From NCBI GenBank assembly GCA_041652475.1, contig JBAZHG010000001.1:72522-136521 (forward strand): a stretch of DNA of 64,000 bases. The letters are read 5' to 3'. The position numbers were made by a program, and so were the translations under genes. Source of the DNA: Bacilli bacterium. GTDB taxonomy: Bacteria > Bacillota_I > Bacilli_A > RFN20 > CAG-826. The notes under the pieces are model-generated. The model was not told the DNA's origin, did no database searches, and was given only the letters and a program-made list of their open reading frames with translations. Positions 33,261 to 42,828 of this stretch are shown here, in pieces (the first letter of the stretch is position 1; each line of letters starts with the position of its first letter).

Positions 33261-33280
33261 TCGTCTCCCGTTCGCTTATT

Positions 33281-33317
33281 AAAAAGTGCCGCGTCAACCG
33301 TGGCACTTTTTCTTTTT
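33281..33317. terminator. Bidirectional intrinsic terminator
   Basis: AAAAGTGCC-GCGTCAACCGT-GGCACTTTT plus TCTTTTT, between convergent genes. Confidence 0.75.
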
Positions 33318-34514
33318 CTAGATTTTGATTTTCTTCAATTTGGCGAAGGCGATGACCCCGTCTTTTTGGACGAATTTGACGTTTCCGTCGATCAACGGCT
33401 TCAAATATTCTTTCATCAAGCGGCCCTCGCCGTGGACGTCTTTGATCAATTCGGCACTCATCTTGCGCTCGACGTTGGCGATGTGGCGCAAGTTCTTCAA
33501 TTGGTAATGGACTTTATATTGGGGCCCCGGGAGCCGGGCGATGATCACCATGGCGTTAGTTTTCCCCTTGACCACGGACCGAACCGCGAACCGGGAAATC
33601 TTCAGGGCTTCCTCGCGGTCGACTTGGCTAATGAAAGCGGCCGCCGCCCGTTGCATCAAGCTGAATTCGATGGCGCGGACCGGGAAACCGAGCTTGACCT
33701 TGATCTGGTCGCCGAGGATGTTGGCGATTCCGCCCAACTGAGCGTGGTTGAAGGAATCGACGGTGGCGAAAGCCGAGGAAAGGAAGGGAGCCACGCCTTC
33801 GGAAATGACGATGAAGGCTTTTTTCTTTTCGGCGTAGATGGCTTTGATCTCATCGAGGAACTTGTCGAGATGGAAACTTTCTTCGGGCAGGTAGATCCGA
33901 TCCGGCTTGATTTCGCCTTCAAGCAGCGCCGCCGCGGCCGTGAGCCAGCCGGCGTTGCGTCCCATTACTTCGACGATGGCGACTTTGCCCTTGTTGTAGC
34001 AGGTGTTGTCGATGGCGATGTCTTGGAGCGTCTGCACGACGTATTTGGCCGCGCTTGGATAACCAAGGCAGTGGTCGGTGTAATTCAAATCGTTGTCGAT
34101 TGTCTTAGGGATTCCAATCACGGCGCAGTCGTAATCGGCCGTTTTCATGAATTGGGACAGTTTGTGACAAGTGTCCATCGAGTCGTTGCCGCCGTTGACG
34201 AGCAGGTATCCGACGTTGTGGTTTTTAAGCGTGGTCAGAATTTTATAATAGTCGGGATGCCCGAGGTCGTCGCTCAGCTTATAACGGGTGGTGCCGAGGA
34301 TGGCTCCCGGGGTTTGCTTCAATAATTCAATTTGCTCGTCGTCTTCTTGCCGCAGATCGATGAGGTTGTCGTTAATGACGCCTTCGATCCCGAAAAGGCT
34401 CCCGTAGATGCCGTCGATCTCGGAGTGGCGCTTCGCTTCTTGAATGACGCCGTAAAGCGAGGTGTTGATGACGGGAGTGGGACCGCCGGATTGGAAGTAA
34501 AGCAATGATTTCAT
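33318..34514 (-). CDS. 6-phosphofructokinase, probably pyrophosphate-dependent type
   Basis: 398 aa of the PFK family. GGNDS replaces GGDGS and IGIPKTIDND carries Lys where ATP-PFKs have Gly. TGATATAAT extended -10 at 34547-34555. Confidence 0.85.
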   Translation of the reverse strand: MKSLLYFQSGGPTPVINTSLYGVIQEAKRHSEIDGIYGSLFGIEGVINDNLIDLRQEDDEQIELLKQTPGAILGTTRYKLSDDLGHPDYYKILTTLKNHNVGYLLVNGGNDSMDTCHKLSQFMKTADYDCAVIGIPKTIDNDLNYTDHCLGYPSAAKYVVQTLQDIAIDNTCYNKGKVAIVEVMGRNAGWLTAAAALLEGEIKPDRIYLPEESFHLDKFLDEIKAIYAEKKKAFIVISEGVAPFLSSAFATVDSFNHAQLGGIANILGDQIKVKLGFPVRAIEFSLMQRAAAAFISQVDREEALKISRFAVRSVVKGKTNAMVIIARLPGPQYKVHYQLKNLRHIANVERKMSAELIKDVHGEGRLMKEYLKPLIDGNVKFVQKDGVIAFAKLKKIKI

Positions 34515-34583
34515 AGAGGTTCTCTTTCAAAGAAAAATACGGGTTAATTATATCATTATCTCGTCAAGAATAAAGAAATTGCT

Positions 34584-36218
34584 TCACTTAACCTGAAAAA
34601 CAATGGCTTGGTACGGTTCCAGTTTCGATATCGAAAACTCTTCGGCCAAAGGATAGTTACTGAATAAGGTCTTCCCGCTGACGTTATGGGGCAACTTTCT
34701 CGACGAGGGGCCTAAATTGGCCACGATGGCGATCGTCTCGTCGCGATATGTCCTCCGGTAGGCGATGACTTCACGGGCTGGACGCTCGAGTTGGATCGTT
34801 CCGATTTGAAGGGCTTTGCTTTGGTTGCGGAACTGAATCAGCTTCCGGTAGTAGTGCCAGATCGAATCCGGATCGTCTTGGGCGGCTTTGACGTTGATCG
34901 CGTCGGTGTGGCCGTTGTCGCGGAGCCAAGGTTTGACCGTTGAGAATCCACCATGGATTCCGTCAGTCCAGGCCATCGGGGTTCGGGCGTGGTCACGGCA
35001 AAAGCCCATGACCATCTTCCAGGCTAACCGATGCCCGATATGGTAGGACCGTAGAATCTTATAAACGTTGCGGCTGGACACGTCATCGATTTCGTTCATG
35101 TTTTCAAATGGCGTGTTTATGGTGCCGATTTCCTGCCCTTGGTAAACAAAAGGGATACCCCGAAGCGTCAAAATCAAAGTGGCCAGCATCTTGCCGCTTT
35201 CGACCCGGTGTTTGGATTCATCGCCAAAACGTGAAATCGAACGCGGGATGTCGTGGTTTTCGAAGAAAAGGGTATTCCATGGGAGGATTTCCTGCCATTT
35301 TTTCAAGGTGCGAGCCATCTTTTCAGGGCGATACTTGATTTGGAAGATTGGCAAAAGCCATTGATCGACGCTCGTGTGGTCGAATTGAAAGACGGTTTCC
35401 AGTTGGCCGTCGGTGTACTTCTGAGCCGTCATCGGGTCGAGTCCGACCGTTTCCCCGACGGTATAGGCCCCATAGGGTTCCCACACCTCGTCGTGAAGCC
35501 GTTTCAAAATTAGATGGCTGCCGTTTTGTGAAAGATAATGCTCATGACCCATTTGATAGACGCGTGGTTTTCCGTCTTCAAGGCTCGTTTTGTAAATCAT
35601 GTTGATGACGTCGCAGCGAAAACCGGCCACGCCTAAATCCAACCAGAATTTCATTAATTCCTTGACCTCTTCGATGACTTTCTCATTGCGGTAATTCAAA
35701 TCCGGTTGTTTCGGGGTGAACAGGTGCAAGTAATAAAGACCGTTGGCCGGATGTTTCGTCCAGGCGCTGCCCGTGAATTGGCTTTGCCAATTGTTCGGAG
35801 GTAGCTCGCGCCCGTGTTTGACACGGCCTGGACGCCAAATGTAGTAATCGTGATACGATGAATCCGGATCGAGACTTTTTTGGAACCATTTGTGTTCGTC
35901 CGAGGTATGGTTGATGACGAGGTCCATGATGATCTTGATTTGACGTTTGTCGGCTTCGTCGATGAGGCGTTTCATGTCCTCCAAGGTGCCGTATTCGGGA
36001 TTGATGTCTTGATAATCGGAGATGTCGTAGCCGTTGTCGGCGTTAGGTGAGCGATAAACTGGTGAAAGCCAAATCGCCCCGACGCCCAGCTCGGAAAGAT
36101 AATCAAGCTTGGAAATGATGCCGGGCAAATCGCCAATACCGTCTTGATTGGAATCGCAAAAACTCCGCGGATAGATTTGATAGATGACCCGATTGTGCCA
36201 CCAGTGATTCGTTTTCAT
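34584..36218 (-). CDS. GH13 alpha-glucosidase / oligo-1,6-glucosidase family
   Basis: WWHNRVIYQIYPRSFCDSNQDGIGDL, GFRCDVI and the NHD region. ATG at 36218 after GGAGG. Confidence 0.92.
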   Translation of the reverse strand: MKTNHWWHNRVIYQIYPRSFCDSNQDGIGDLPGIISKLDYLSELGVGAIWLSPVYRSPNADNGYDISDYQDINPEYGTLEDMKRLIDEADKRQIKIIMDLVINHTSDEHKWFQKSLDPDSSYHDYYIWRPGRVKHGRELPPNNWQSQFTGSAWTKHPANGLYYLHLFTPKQPDLNYRNEKVIEEVKELMKFWLDLGVAGFRCDVINMIYKTSLEDGKPRVYQMGHEHYLSQNGSHLILKRLHDEVWEPYGAYTVGETVGLDPMTAQKYTDGQLETVFQFDHTSVDQWLLPIFQIKYRPEKMARTLKKWQEILPWNTLFFENHDIPRSISRFGDESKHRVESGKMLATLILTLRGIPFVYQGQEIGTINTPFENMNEIDDVSSRNVYKILRSYHIGHRLAWKMVMGFCRDHARTPMAWTDGIHGGFSTVKPWLRDNGHTDAINVKAAQDDPDSIWHYYRKLIQFRNQSKALQIGTIQLERPAREVIAYRRTYRDETIAIVANLGPSSRKLPHNVSGKTLFSNYPLAEEFSISKLEPYQAIVFQVK

Positions 36219-36310
36219 GCCGTTGCCTCCGTTATTATTTATTATGACGCCCCAAGCGGTTTTTTTACATATATCTTGCAAAGATTAATTAATTTGACGA
36301 CGTCATAACC

Positions 36311-36316
36311 TATAAT
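36311..36316 (+). promoter_or_regulatory. -10 box TATAAT 7 nt upstream of the ATG; no SD
   Basis: CCTATAAT-AAAATCT-ATG(36324). Confidence 0.4.
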
Positions 36317-36323
36317 AAAATCT

Positions 36324-36833
36324 ATGAATGCACCAAGATGGCGTCTGGCGACCAACGCCGACCAAGATTCGATTCTCAAAGTCATCGCCGAGGCGCGGGC
36401 ATTTTTGGCCACGCAGGGTTCTGGTCAATGGCAAGACGGGCATCCGCGGCCCGAGGCTATCGCCAAAGACATCGAAAACGGTCGTTATTACGTGATCGAG
36501 GTCGACGGAATGGTCATCGGCGGATTGGCCCTCCTGGACTACGAACCCGATTATGAGGAATTGCTGGAAGGGCATTGGCGCCAACCGGGCGCTTACCTCG
36601 TCATCCACCGCATGGCGCTTGGCGCTTCCCATCGCGGGCAGGGTTACGGTCGCTTCGCCTTGGAACAAGTGGAAGCCATTGCCCGTTCGCTTCGGGTGGG
36701 CTCGATTCGCGTCGACACCCACGAGAAGAACCGTCCGATGATTGCCCTGCTTCAAAAAATGGACTATCAAAAGATTGGCGTCGTTTTGTTGAATAATTTC
36801 AAACGGCGCCTCGCGTTTGAAAAAATCGTCTAG
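36324..36833 (+). CDS. GNAT family N-acetyltransferase
   Basis: 169 aa with an HRGQGYG acetyl-CoA loop. Confidence 0.8.
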   Translation: MNAPRWRLATNADQDSILKVIAEARAFLATQGSGQWQDGHPRPEAIAKDIENGRYYVIEVDGMVIGGLALLDYEPDYEELLEGHWRQPGAYLVIHRMALGASHRGQGYGRFALEQVEAIARSLRVGSIRVDTHEKNRPMIALLQKMDYQKIGVVLLNNFKRRLAFEKIV

Positions 36834-36909
36834 GAGCAACTTCGATTTGCTATTTTGACAAGCGAAATTGCTGGTGGCAACCGGGCAAGTGGCGATAATA
36901 TAACGTCGT

Positions 36910-38199
36910 ATGGAAAAATCATTATTCAAAAACAAAAATTTCTTGCTTCTATATTTTGGCCGGCTCGTGTCCAATTTCGGACATATTTTCTATAATTTTG
37001 CCATCAGTTGGTTCATCCTTTCGTTCACCCAATCGCCATCGGCCAGCGCCATCTACATGGCCTTTGGGGCGATCGTCTACTTCATCTTGACGCCCTTTGG
37101 CGGGGTCTTTGCCGACCGTTGGGACCGGGTAAAAATCGTTTATATCACCGATTTCATCCGAGGCGTTTCCATCGCTTTGGCTGGGTTGACGATTATGTAC
37201 GACGGTTCGCTGGCGATTGGCTCCCTGACGTTGGATTTCGGCTCGAGCGATTTCAAAATGGTCGTTTTGTATGTCACGGCATTCATCATCTCGGCCAACG
37301 GAGCCCTGTTCTCCCCGGCCGTCACCAGCTTAGCGCCATACATCGTCGGCCGTGAACAATTGCAGAAGGCCAATGCCTCGCTCCATGCCCAAAACGCCTT
37401 GATTAGCATCGTGGGCACGGTATCGGCCGCCGCTCTATATTCAATCATCGGCATTGGGTGGATCTTCATCATCAACGGGGTGGCCTACATCGGCTCGGCC
37501 ATCAGCGAAATCTTCATTACCGTGAAAACGAAAGAAATCAATGACCGCCACTTGTCGTTGAAAACCGTCTTGGCCGAAATGGGACAAGGGATGCGGTATT
37601 TGATTACCAACCGCGGTTTGCTGATTTTTGCCATCGTCGCCGTGATCGTGAACTTTTTCGTCGCCCCGGTATATTCGATTGGGCTCCCGTTCCTATACAA
37701 CCAAATTTTAGCCACTGAACCAATCTATTACTCATTGATTGGGGTGACCATGTCGATTGGATCGATCGTGATGTCGCTCATTTTCACCATCATCCGGCAG
37801 CAAGAACGGATGTTTAAATTCGTCGCAATCGGATTCTGTTTTTGGATTCCGCTGCTGATGATTCAATTGTTGCTCATCTACCTCATGTTGAACCATCTGA
37901 TCGGATTTTCGCTCTTCTACGGTCTCAGCGTGGCCGTCTCGTTGCTCAATGGCCTGATCTCGGTTTTCGTCAATACCCCGATTGGCGTCGCCTTCCAAAA
38001 ATACGTTCCCAAAGAAATGCTTGGCCGGGTCAATTCGATGTTGGAGACTGTCTCCTCCGGCTTGGTGCCATTGTCGATTGCCTTGGCCGGTCTCTTTCTT
38101 GAATACCGGCCATTGACCGAGCTGTATTTGATCAGCGTCGTCGGTTTCATCCTCGGGGCGCTGGTGTTCTTTTCAAGCAAAAGCGTCCGGCAACTTTAA
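36910..38199 (+). CDS. MFS transporter (efflux-type, 12 TM)
   Basis: 429 aa with the GGVFADRWDR motif A. TAATAT lies 8 nt upstream of the ATG, with no SD. Confidence 0.8.
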   Translation: MEKSLFKNKNFLLLYFGRLVSNFGHIFYNFAISWFILSFTQSPSASAIYMAFGAIVYFILTPFGGVFADRWDRVKIVYITDFIRGVSIALAGLTIMYDGSLAIGSLTLDFGSSDFKMVVLYVTAFIISANGALFSPAVTSLAPYIVGREQLQKANASLHAQNALISIVGTVSAAALYSIIGIGWIFIINGVAYIGSAISEIFITVKTKEINDRHLSLKTVLAEMGQGMRYLITNRGLLIFAIVAVIVNFFVAPVYSIGLPFLYNQILATEPIYYSLIGVTMSIGSIVMSLIFTIIRQQERMFKFVAIGFCFWIPLLMIQLLLIYLMLNHLIGFSLFYGLSVAVSLLNGLISVFVNTPIGVAFQKYVPKEMLGRVNSMLETVSSGLVPLSIALAGLFLEYRPLTELYLISVVGFILGALVFFSSKSVRQL

Positions 38200-38248
38200 A
38201 GCGGCTTGAGATGGTATAATATATTCATAAACAAAGGAGAAACAAACC

Positions 38249-38683
38249 ATGAACAAATTACACGAATCACTAGATGTCCACGTCGCCAATTTCAGCGTCC
38301 TATTCACCAAATTGCATCATTTCCATTGGTTCGTCGAGGGTCCGCAATTCTTTGCCCTCCACGCCAAATTCGAGGAACTCTACGATCACGTCAACGAGCT
38401 TTACGACGCCTTTGCCGAACGCCTTATTACCTTGGGCGGCAAGCCGAGTAGCCGTATGAAGGACTATTTGGCCAAGGCCACGATTAAAGAAGCCGGCGCC
38501 GAAAAGTCGGCCGCCGAGATGCTTGGCTCGCTTATCAAAGACCTCGAAACGATCGTTGCCGACCTCAAGTCGCTGACCAAACTCGCCCAAGACGCGGGCG
38601 ACGAAGCGACGGCCGATCTCGCTATTGGGACCATCGGGGAATTCGAAAAGACCCTGTGGATGCTCAAGGTCACATCGAAATAG
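38249..38683 (+). CDS. dps: Dps (DNA starvation/stationary-phase protection, ferritin-like)
   Basis: LHHFHWFVEGPQFFALHAKFEELYD ferroxidase motif. TGGTATAAT at 38212-38220 and an AAGGAGA SD. Confidence 0.93.
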   Translation: MNKLHESLDVHVANFSVLFTKLHHFHWFVEGPQFFALHAKFEELYDHVNELYDAFAERLITLGGKPSSRMKDYLAKATIKEAGAEKSAAEMLGSLIKDLETIVADLKSLTKLAQDAGDEATADLAIGTIGEFEKTLWMLKVTSK

Positions 38684-38703
38684 ACGGTTATTGCCCATAA
38701 AGG

Positions 38704-38729
38704 AAAAGGCGCTTGTAGCGCCTTTTTTT
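38704..38729. terminator. Bidirectional intrinsic terminator
   Basis: AAAAGGCGC-TTGTA-GCGCC-TTTTTTT. Confidence 0.75.
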
Positions 38730-39556
38730 CATTTAAGGGTCTTGATGGCTCCCGGGATATGCTTGATGATGTCGCTGGCCATCAAGCTGTCTTCCCCGAA
38801 CTCGTCGCGGGCGAGATTGCCGGCTTTTTGTTGGATGAAGACCCCGATCTTGCTGGCCTCGAAGGGCGCATGGCCTTGGCCGAGATAACTCAAGATGATG
38901 CCGGCCAGGACATCGCCGCTCCCGGCCGTGGCCATGCCGGGATTGCCGGCGGCGGCCACGAAGCCCTTATGGCGGTTGGCAATCAAGGTGCTGGCGTCTT
39001 TCAAGACGACGGTGATTTTCAGTTGGGTAAGCTTTCCAACGTCTTTTTCAGGTATTTTGGAATCGAGGAGCGTTTCGGCTTCGCCGGTATGCGGGGTCAC
39101 CACGATATTGCTCCCGTCTTGTATTTCGTCAAGCAATGGTTTCAAGAAAACGAGCCCCGAAGCGTCAACGACGAGCGGTTTGTTGGTGGCCAATAGCGTT
39201 TTCAGCACTTCGGTCTGTGAGGAATCATAGGAATTCAACCCCGGGCCGAACAAAACCGCGTCCATCTTGCTGACGATGTAGGCAATCTCGTTGACGTTCG
39301 AATAAGGGTGGACCATCACTTCGGGATACGGCTGCGGGAAATGGGCGAACACGTCTTTCGGGACGACGATATGAACCAAACCCGATCCGCTTCGATAAGC
39401 GGCCAGGGCGCTCAATAGCGGAGCCCCGAAATAACCGACGCTTCCGCCGAAGATGAAAACATTGCCGTAATCATATTTATTGCCGCTAAAAGGCCTTTTT
39501 TTGAATTTCGGCAAATGCTTACGGGCTAGTTTGCTGCGCAGTAACATGGTTTTCAT
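38729..39556 (-). CDS. nnrD: ADP-dependent NAD(P)H-hydrate dehydratase (YjeF C-terminal family)
   Basis: GGSVGYFGAP, TPHTGE and GNPGMATAGSGDVLAG motifs. Confidence 0.88.
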   Translation of the reverse strand: MKTMLLRSKLARKHLPKFKKRPFSGNKYDYGNVFIFGGSVGYFGAPLLSALAAYRSGSGLVHIVVPKDVFAHFPQPYPEVMVHPYSNVNEIAYIVSKMDAVLFGPGLNSYDSSQTEVLKTLLATNKPLVVDASGLVFLKPLLDEIQDGSNIVVTPHTGEAETLLDSKIPEKDVGKLTQLKITVVLKDASTLIANRHKGFVAAAGNPGMATAGSGDVLAGIILSYLGQGHAPFEASKIGVFIQQKAGNLARDEFGEDSLMASDIIKHIPGAIKTLK

Positions 39557-40814
39557 CCGCCTTCAACTTGAAGAGTTCTTCGACGGCAAAGTGGACTTTG
39601 GTCACGCTGACGGATTGATCGACGCTATATAGGTAATAGGTATCCTGCAACGTCGAAAGGGAAATGCCGTCGCCTTTGCCGAAATACTCGAACTCGATAT
39701 GAACACTATAGTTCTCCAGCGGGGTTTTTTCAAGCTGGAAGGGCGTCCCGGCAAAGGTCCCTTCGAGACGGAACCCGTTTTGGTCATGGACTAGATGGGC
39801 GACTCCGAGCCGGTAATAACCGGTGCTGTTGCGCAAGATGTCGACCTGGACGTCGGTCTCGGTCCGATAGTTCCCGGATTCGATTTGGCGGCGGACTTCT
39901 TGGCGCTCCCATTCGTACCAATCCGGAATATGGTTGAACGTGAACCCTTCGGGCCCGTGGAGACGGCCGAGCTCATCCATGTGGTATTCGCTCCCGCAGG
40001 ACTGGCACGTTAGCGTGCTGCCCTGGCTCATCATCTTGTTTTCGGTCCGGCAGTGCGGGCACTGGTACAAGACCTTATGAAGGCCTTCGGCCCGCCAGGG
40101 CTCTTTGATTTTGATGCCGTTTTGGAATTGATAGGCAAAATCGTCATAAGCGAACGCATCTTTGATGATGGCGTTGATTTGGTCGGCCGTCTTCGAAGCG
40201 ATGTCGTCCTTGGTCAGGATCAAGGTCATGTCGGCGCTGGTCGGGAGTTTGCGCTTCCGCAAATTCCAAACCGGCTGCTGCAGGTGATGGCCGTGGGTGA
40301 TCAAGGTGACCACCGGGACGTGGAATAATTTGGCCATCTTGCCAAGGCTGTCGGGCAGTATGGCCGTAGTTCCGATCAGGGCATACCTGGCTTCGGGATA
40401 AATCGCACAAATATAGCGGTTTTTAAACAGCGAATGCTTGATCTTTTTGATCAAGGCCGTGTCGGGGACGAACTTGCGTTTCAAGATGCAGCCGACGTTG
40501 CGGAGCAATTCCTCGCGGTTGATGAAACCGTCGATGGCCACGATGTTGTTGGCCATGTGCGGGAAGATGGCGCGCGTCGCCACTTTGAAATCGAAGAAAC
40601 TGTTGTGGTTGCAGAGCAAAAGATAGGGCGGTTTCAAACCCTTGATACCGTGCTTTCGGATTTTGACTTGATGTTTGATAGTTTCCGGGAAGGACAAAAG
40701 CCAAGCAATCGGGCGCAAAAACCATTTGCATTTCCGCGGCATTTCGTTCATGTCAAAGGTCGGCATTTGGTCGACTTGCTTCGGCGTCGCCATCACCACG
40801 TCGCTAATTTTCAT
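39519..40814 (-). CDS. PlsC-family acyltransferase fused to a C-terminal CxxC...CxxC zinc-ribbon domain
   Basis: HX4D motif (CNHNSFFD) in the N-terminal half. CPHCRTENKMMSQGSTLTCQSCGSEY plus ~150 further aa follow. Confidence 0.7.
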   Translation of the reverse strand: MKISDVVMATPKQVDQMPTFDMNEMPRKCKWFLRPIAWLLSFPETIKHQVKIRKHGIKGLKPPYLLLCNHNSFFDFKVATRAIFPHMANNIVAIDGFINREELLRNVGCILKRKFVPDTALIKKIKHSLFKNRYICAIYPEARYALIGTTAILPDSLGKMAKLFHVPVVTLITHGHHLQQPVWNLRKRKLPTSADMTLILTKDDIASKTADQINAIIKDAFAYDDFAYQFQNGIKIKEPWRAEGLHKVLYQCPHCRTENKMMSQGSTLTCQSCGSEYHMDELGRLHGPEGFTFNHIPDWYEWERQEVRRQIESGNYRTETDVQVDILRNSTGYYRLGVAHLVHDQNGFRLEGTFAGTPFQLEKTPLENYSVHIEFEYFGKGDGISLSTLQDTYYLYSVDQSVSVTKVHFAVEELFKLKADENHVTAQQTSP

Positions 40815-40830
40815 ACGTTTCTCCCTCGGT

Positions 40831-41682
40831 TTAGCGGCGATGCCAAAATAGTCCGGCGCCAGAACTGGTTCCGCCGGCCCCCTTGACGGTCATTGCCCCG
40901 GCCAAAGCAAAAGCCAAGGCGAACGCCCCAAACAGTAATTTATCGGTAACAGATCCAAACGCGGAAAAGAAATAAAGGAAAACGTTCATTGAATTGGTGG
41001 TGTCCTTGGGGGACGAAACGTCGGCGGTCGGGAGGTATTCTTCTTCATACCAATAGACGAAATTGTCTTGGCTCACGACGTTGTCAGGGTCGTCATAGAC
41101 ATCGCCATAAGCGATGTTCAAGAGGGCGTTCATCGAGGTGGCCACCCCCAGGGCCAAATCATAATCGTAGGGATAGGTCGGCGTTCCGGTTGGCAAATAG
41201 TGTTCGAAGGTGTCTTTCACGATTATTTCGAGGGAAATCGTTCCCATGTATTCGGCCATGACGTCGCCGTTTGCGACTTGAATGTCGGTTAAGCTGTAAT
41301 ATTCGGTTTCATCAACCGTCTCCAGGGGGACGAAAAACATGATGACCAAGATGCCCATCTCGTTTTTTCCGATTTTCCATTCGTTGAAAAGGTCTACTTT
41401 GTCATAGGCCCCGAGCTCGGCTTCACTTTCAAGCAGGAAGGTGGTATAAACGATCTGGATTCCCCCGACGTCGGGGACGTCTTTGGTCGATTCGAACAGG
41501 TATTCGCTTTCCGAAATCAAAAAATTTTCGACGCTGGGGCCGAGCATGTCGGCGTAGTCGGACACGTAAAAAGCTTCGCTCGGACGCGGGTATTCATGGC
41601 TGGCGCAACTGCGAACGCCAAAAATGATCAGCATCACGAGCGTAGCGACGGCCAGGATGGAACGGGCGACGAATTTAAGCAT
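40831..41682 (-). CDS. TPM-domain protein (YgcG-like), membrane associated
   Basis: N-terminal anchor, TPM-like core (VSDYADML...IQIVY...GILV), then a C-terminal TM helix and Gly-rich tail. Overlaps lemA by 8 nt. Confidence 0.7.
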   Translation of the reverse strand: MLKFVARSILAVATLVMLIIFGVRSCASHEYPRPSEAFYVSDYADMLGPSVENFLISESEYLFESTKDVPDVGGIQIVYTTFLLESEAELGAYDKVDLFNEWKIGKNEMGILVIMFFVPLETVDETEYYSLTDIQVANGDVMAEYMGTISLEIIVKDTFEHYLPTGTPTYPYDYDLALGVATSMNALLNIAYGDVYDDPDNVVSQDNFVYWYEEEYLPTADVSSPKDTTNSMNVFLYFFSAFGSVTDKLLFGAFALAFALAGAMTVKGAGGTSSGAGLFWHRR

Positions 41683-42265
41683 CTTGTTCTGGGAAGACGA
41701 TGACGATATCCTCGCCGCTAGTCATCTTCCACATGGGAACCTCTTCGAAGCCAAACATCTTGGCGAATAGGATTTTGGGGAACAGGACGATGTCGGTATT
41801 GTAGGCGTTCGCGGCTTCGTTATAATCCTCGCGGGCGTTTTTGATGATGTATTCCTGGGTCTCGATTGTGGCCATGTACGACAAAATCAAGTCGGCCGCT
41901 TGGGGATCGGGATTGTCTTCGCTCACGGCGAAGGCAAACAGGTTCGTCAAGGCGAGCGAAGTCAAGGCGTCGGCTTCGACCAAGTCTTGGGTCGTCGCGC
42001 TTTCGATCGCGTCGAAGTATTGGGTTCGGGCGTCGGTAATCATTTCGTAGAGATCGCTTTCGTGATCCAAATAGGCGTCGACCGCGCTCAAGATGTTGGT
42101 GAGCGTGCTATTGCGGGCCGTCAGCGCCGTCAAGATGTCGGACGAGGCGAGCTCGACGCTTTTTTCCGCCCTTACGAGCGAGTTATAACTTGACCAAGTC
42201 ATGATTCCGAATGTAAGCGCGATGACAGTGGGGATGGCGATACCGATGATGAGACCTTTTTTCAT
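41675..42265 (-). CDS. lemA: LemA family protein
   Basis: 196 aa with an N-terminal TM helix followed by YNSLVRAEKSVELASSDI, typical of LemA. Confidence 0.8.
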   Translation of the reverse strand: MKKGLIIGIAIPTVIALTFGIMTWSSYNSLVRAEKSVELASSDILTALTARNSTLTNILSAVDAYLDHESDLYEMITDARTQYFDAIESATTQDLVEADALTSLALTNLFAFAVSEDNPDPQAADLILSYMATIETQEYIIKNAREDYNEAANAYNTDIVLFPKILFAKMFGFEEVPMWKMTSGEDIVIVFPEQDA

Positions 42266-42365
42266 GCTGTTTTTCTCCTAATGATAATAATAAAATTATA
42301 TAGATAGATTTCCAAAATATACAACAATAAGAAATGGCATAATCCCAATTGTTTTACAATTGGCT

Positions 42366-42401
42366 GACAAAAATAAAAACCAACCCCGATTGGGATTGGT
42401 T
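42366..42401 (-). terminator. Intrinsic terminator
   Basis: Minus strand: AACCAATCCC-AATC-GGGGTTGGTT followed by TTTATTTTTG. Confidence 0.7.
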
Positions 42402-42420
42402 TCAACCGGTATTTACCGGC

Positions 42421-42822
42421 TTACCAGATCATGGCGAACACGAAGGCGACGACGAGAAACGCCCCGCCGATCACCAGGTATGGCAAAATGTAGAACCCCC
42501 GGCGGAGGCGCTGGCTGTTCTTGTACTCGGAATAGGCGTAGGCGTCTTCAAACGACTTGACTTTTTCGCGCCGAAACGAGTCGCGCAGACGCACGAACGA
42601 ATACGAGGCGACGTCAAAGGTGCCGTGGCGGCCGACGAACATCAATCCGGCAAACCCCAAGACGACGGCCCCGGGGATGAATAGGGCGTTACTGAAACCG
42701 GCCAGGGTATAGTCCCCGCGTATGAATAAAATGACGGCGCCCAAGATCAGCGCGAACGCCGCGAGACCGAGCCACGTCCACAGTCTTTGTTCCATCGTAG
42801 TCGATGAGGGTCTTTTTTCCAT
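42421..42822 (-). CDS. DUF3899-like small membrane protein
   Basis: 133 aa with 3-4 TM helices. Family assigned from memory. No SD, and it starts 7 nt after the opp terminator T-tract. Confidence 0.5.
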   Translation of the reverse strand: MEKRPSSTTMEQRLWTWLGLAAFALILGAVILFIRGDYTLAGFSNALFIPGAVVLGFAGLMFVGRHGTFDVASYSFVRLRDSFRREKVKSFEDAYAYSEYKNSQRLRRGFYILPYLVIGGAFLVVAFVFAMIW

Positions 42823-42828
42823 GCTTTT

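Noticed and set aside
33300-34325. Very long ORFs antisense to real genes. Examples are 33300..34325 (341 aa, opposite pfk), 230..940 and 943..1662 (opposite queA/tgt), 21351..22091, 28264..28938, 32242..33033, 36303..36974, 43354..44034, 44675..45337, 53406..54083, 56537..57271, 57566..58195 and 62995..63579.
   Set aside because: These are shadow ORFs. For the pairs I checked (pfk and tgt), the antisense ORF shares exactly the same triplet boundaries as the sense gene. Its stops can therefore only arise from sense TTA, CTA or TCA codons, which this genome avoids. Their translations are D/E/G/V/R-rich and motif-free, lack SDs, and each is fully covered by a gene with strong family signatures.
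40831-42265. The LemA-TPM gene pair as a novel module.
   Set aside because: From memory, this adjacency is widespread and already catalogued as a conserved pair, even though it is poorly understood. Nothing distinctive appears in this copy.
42345-42363. The perfect palindrome CCAATTG-TTTTA-CAATTGG upstream of lemA as an operator.
   Set aside because: It is a single occurrence, lying right after the preceding terminator and about 50 nt upstream of the lemA promoter candidate. It has no second copy in the window and no adjacent regulator. It may simply be a secondary terminator hairpin.
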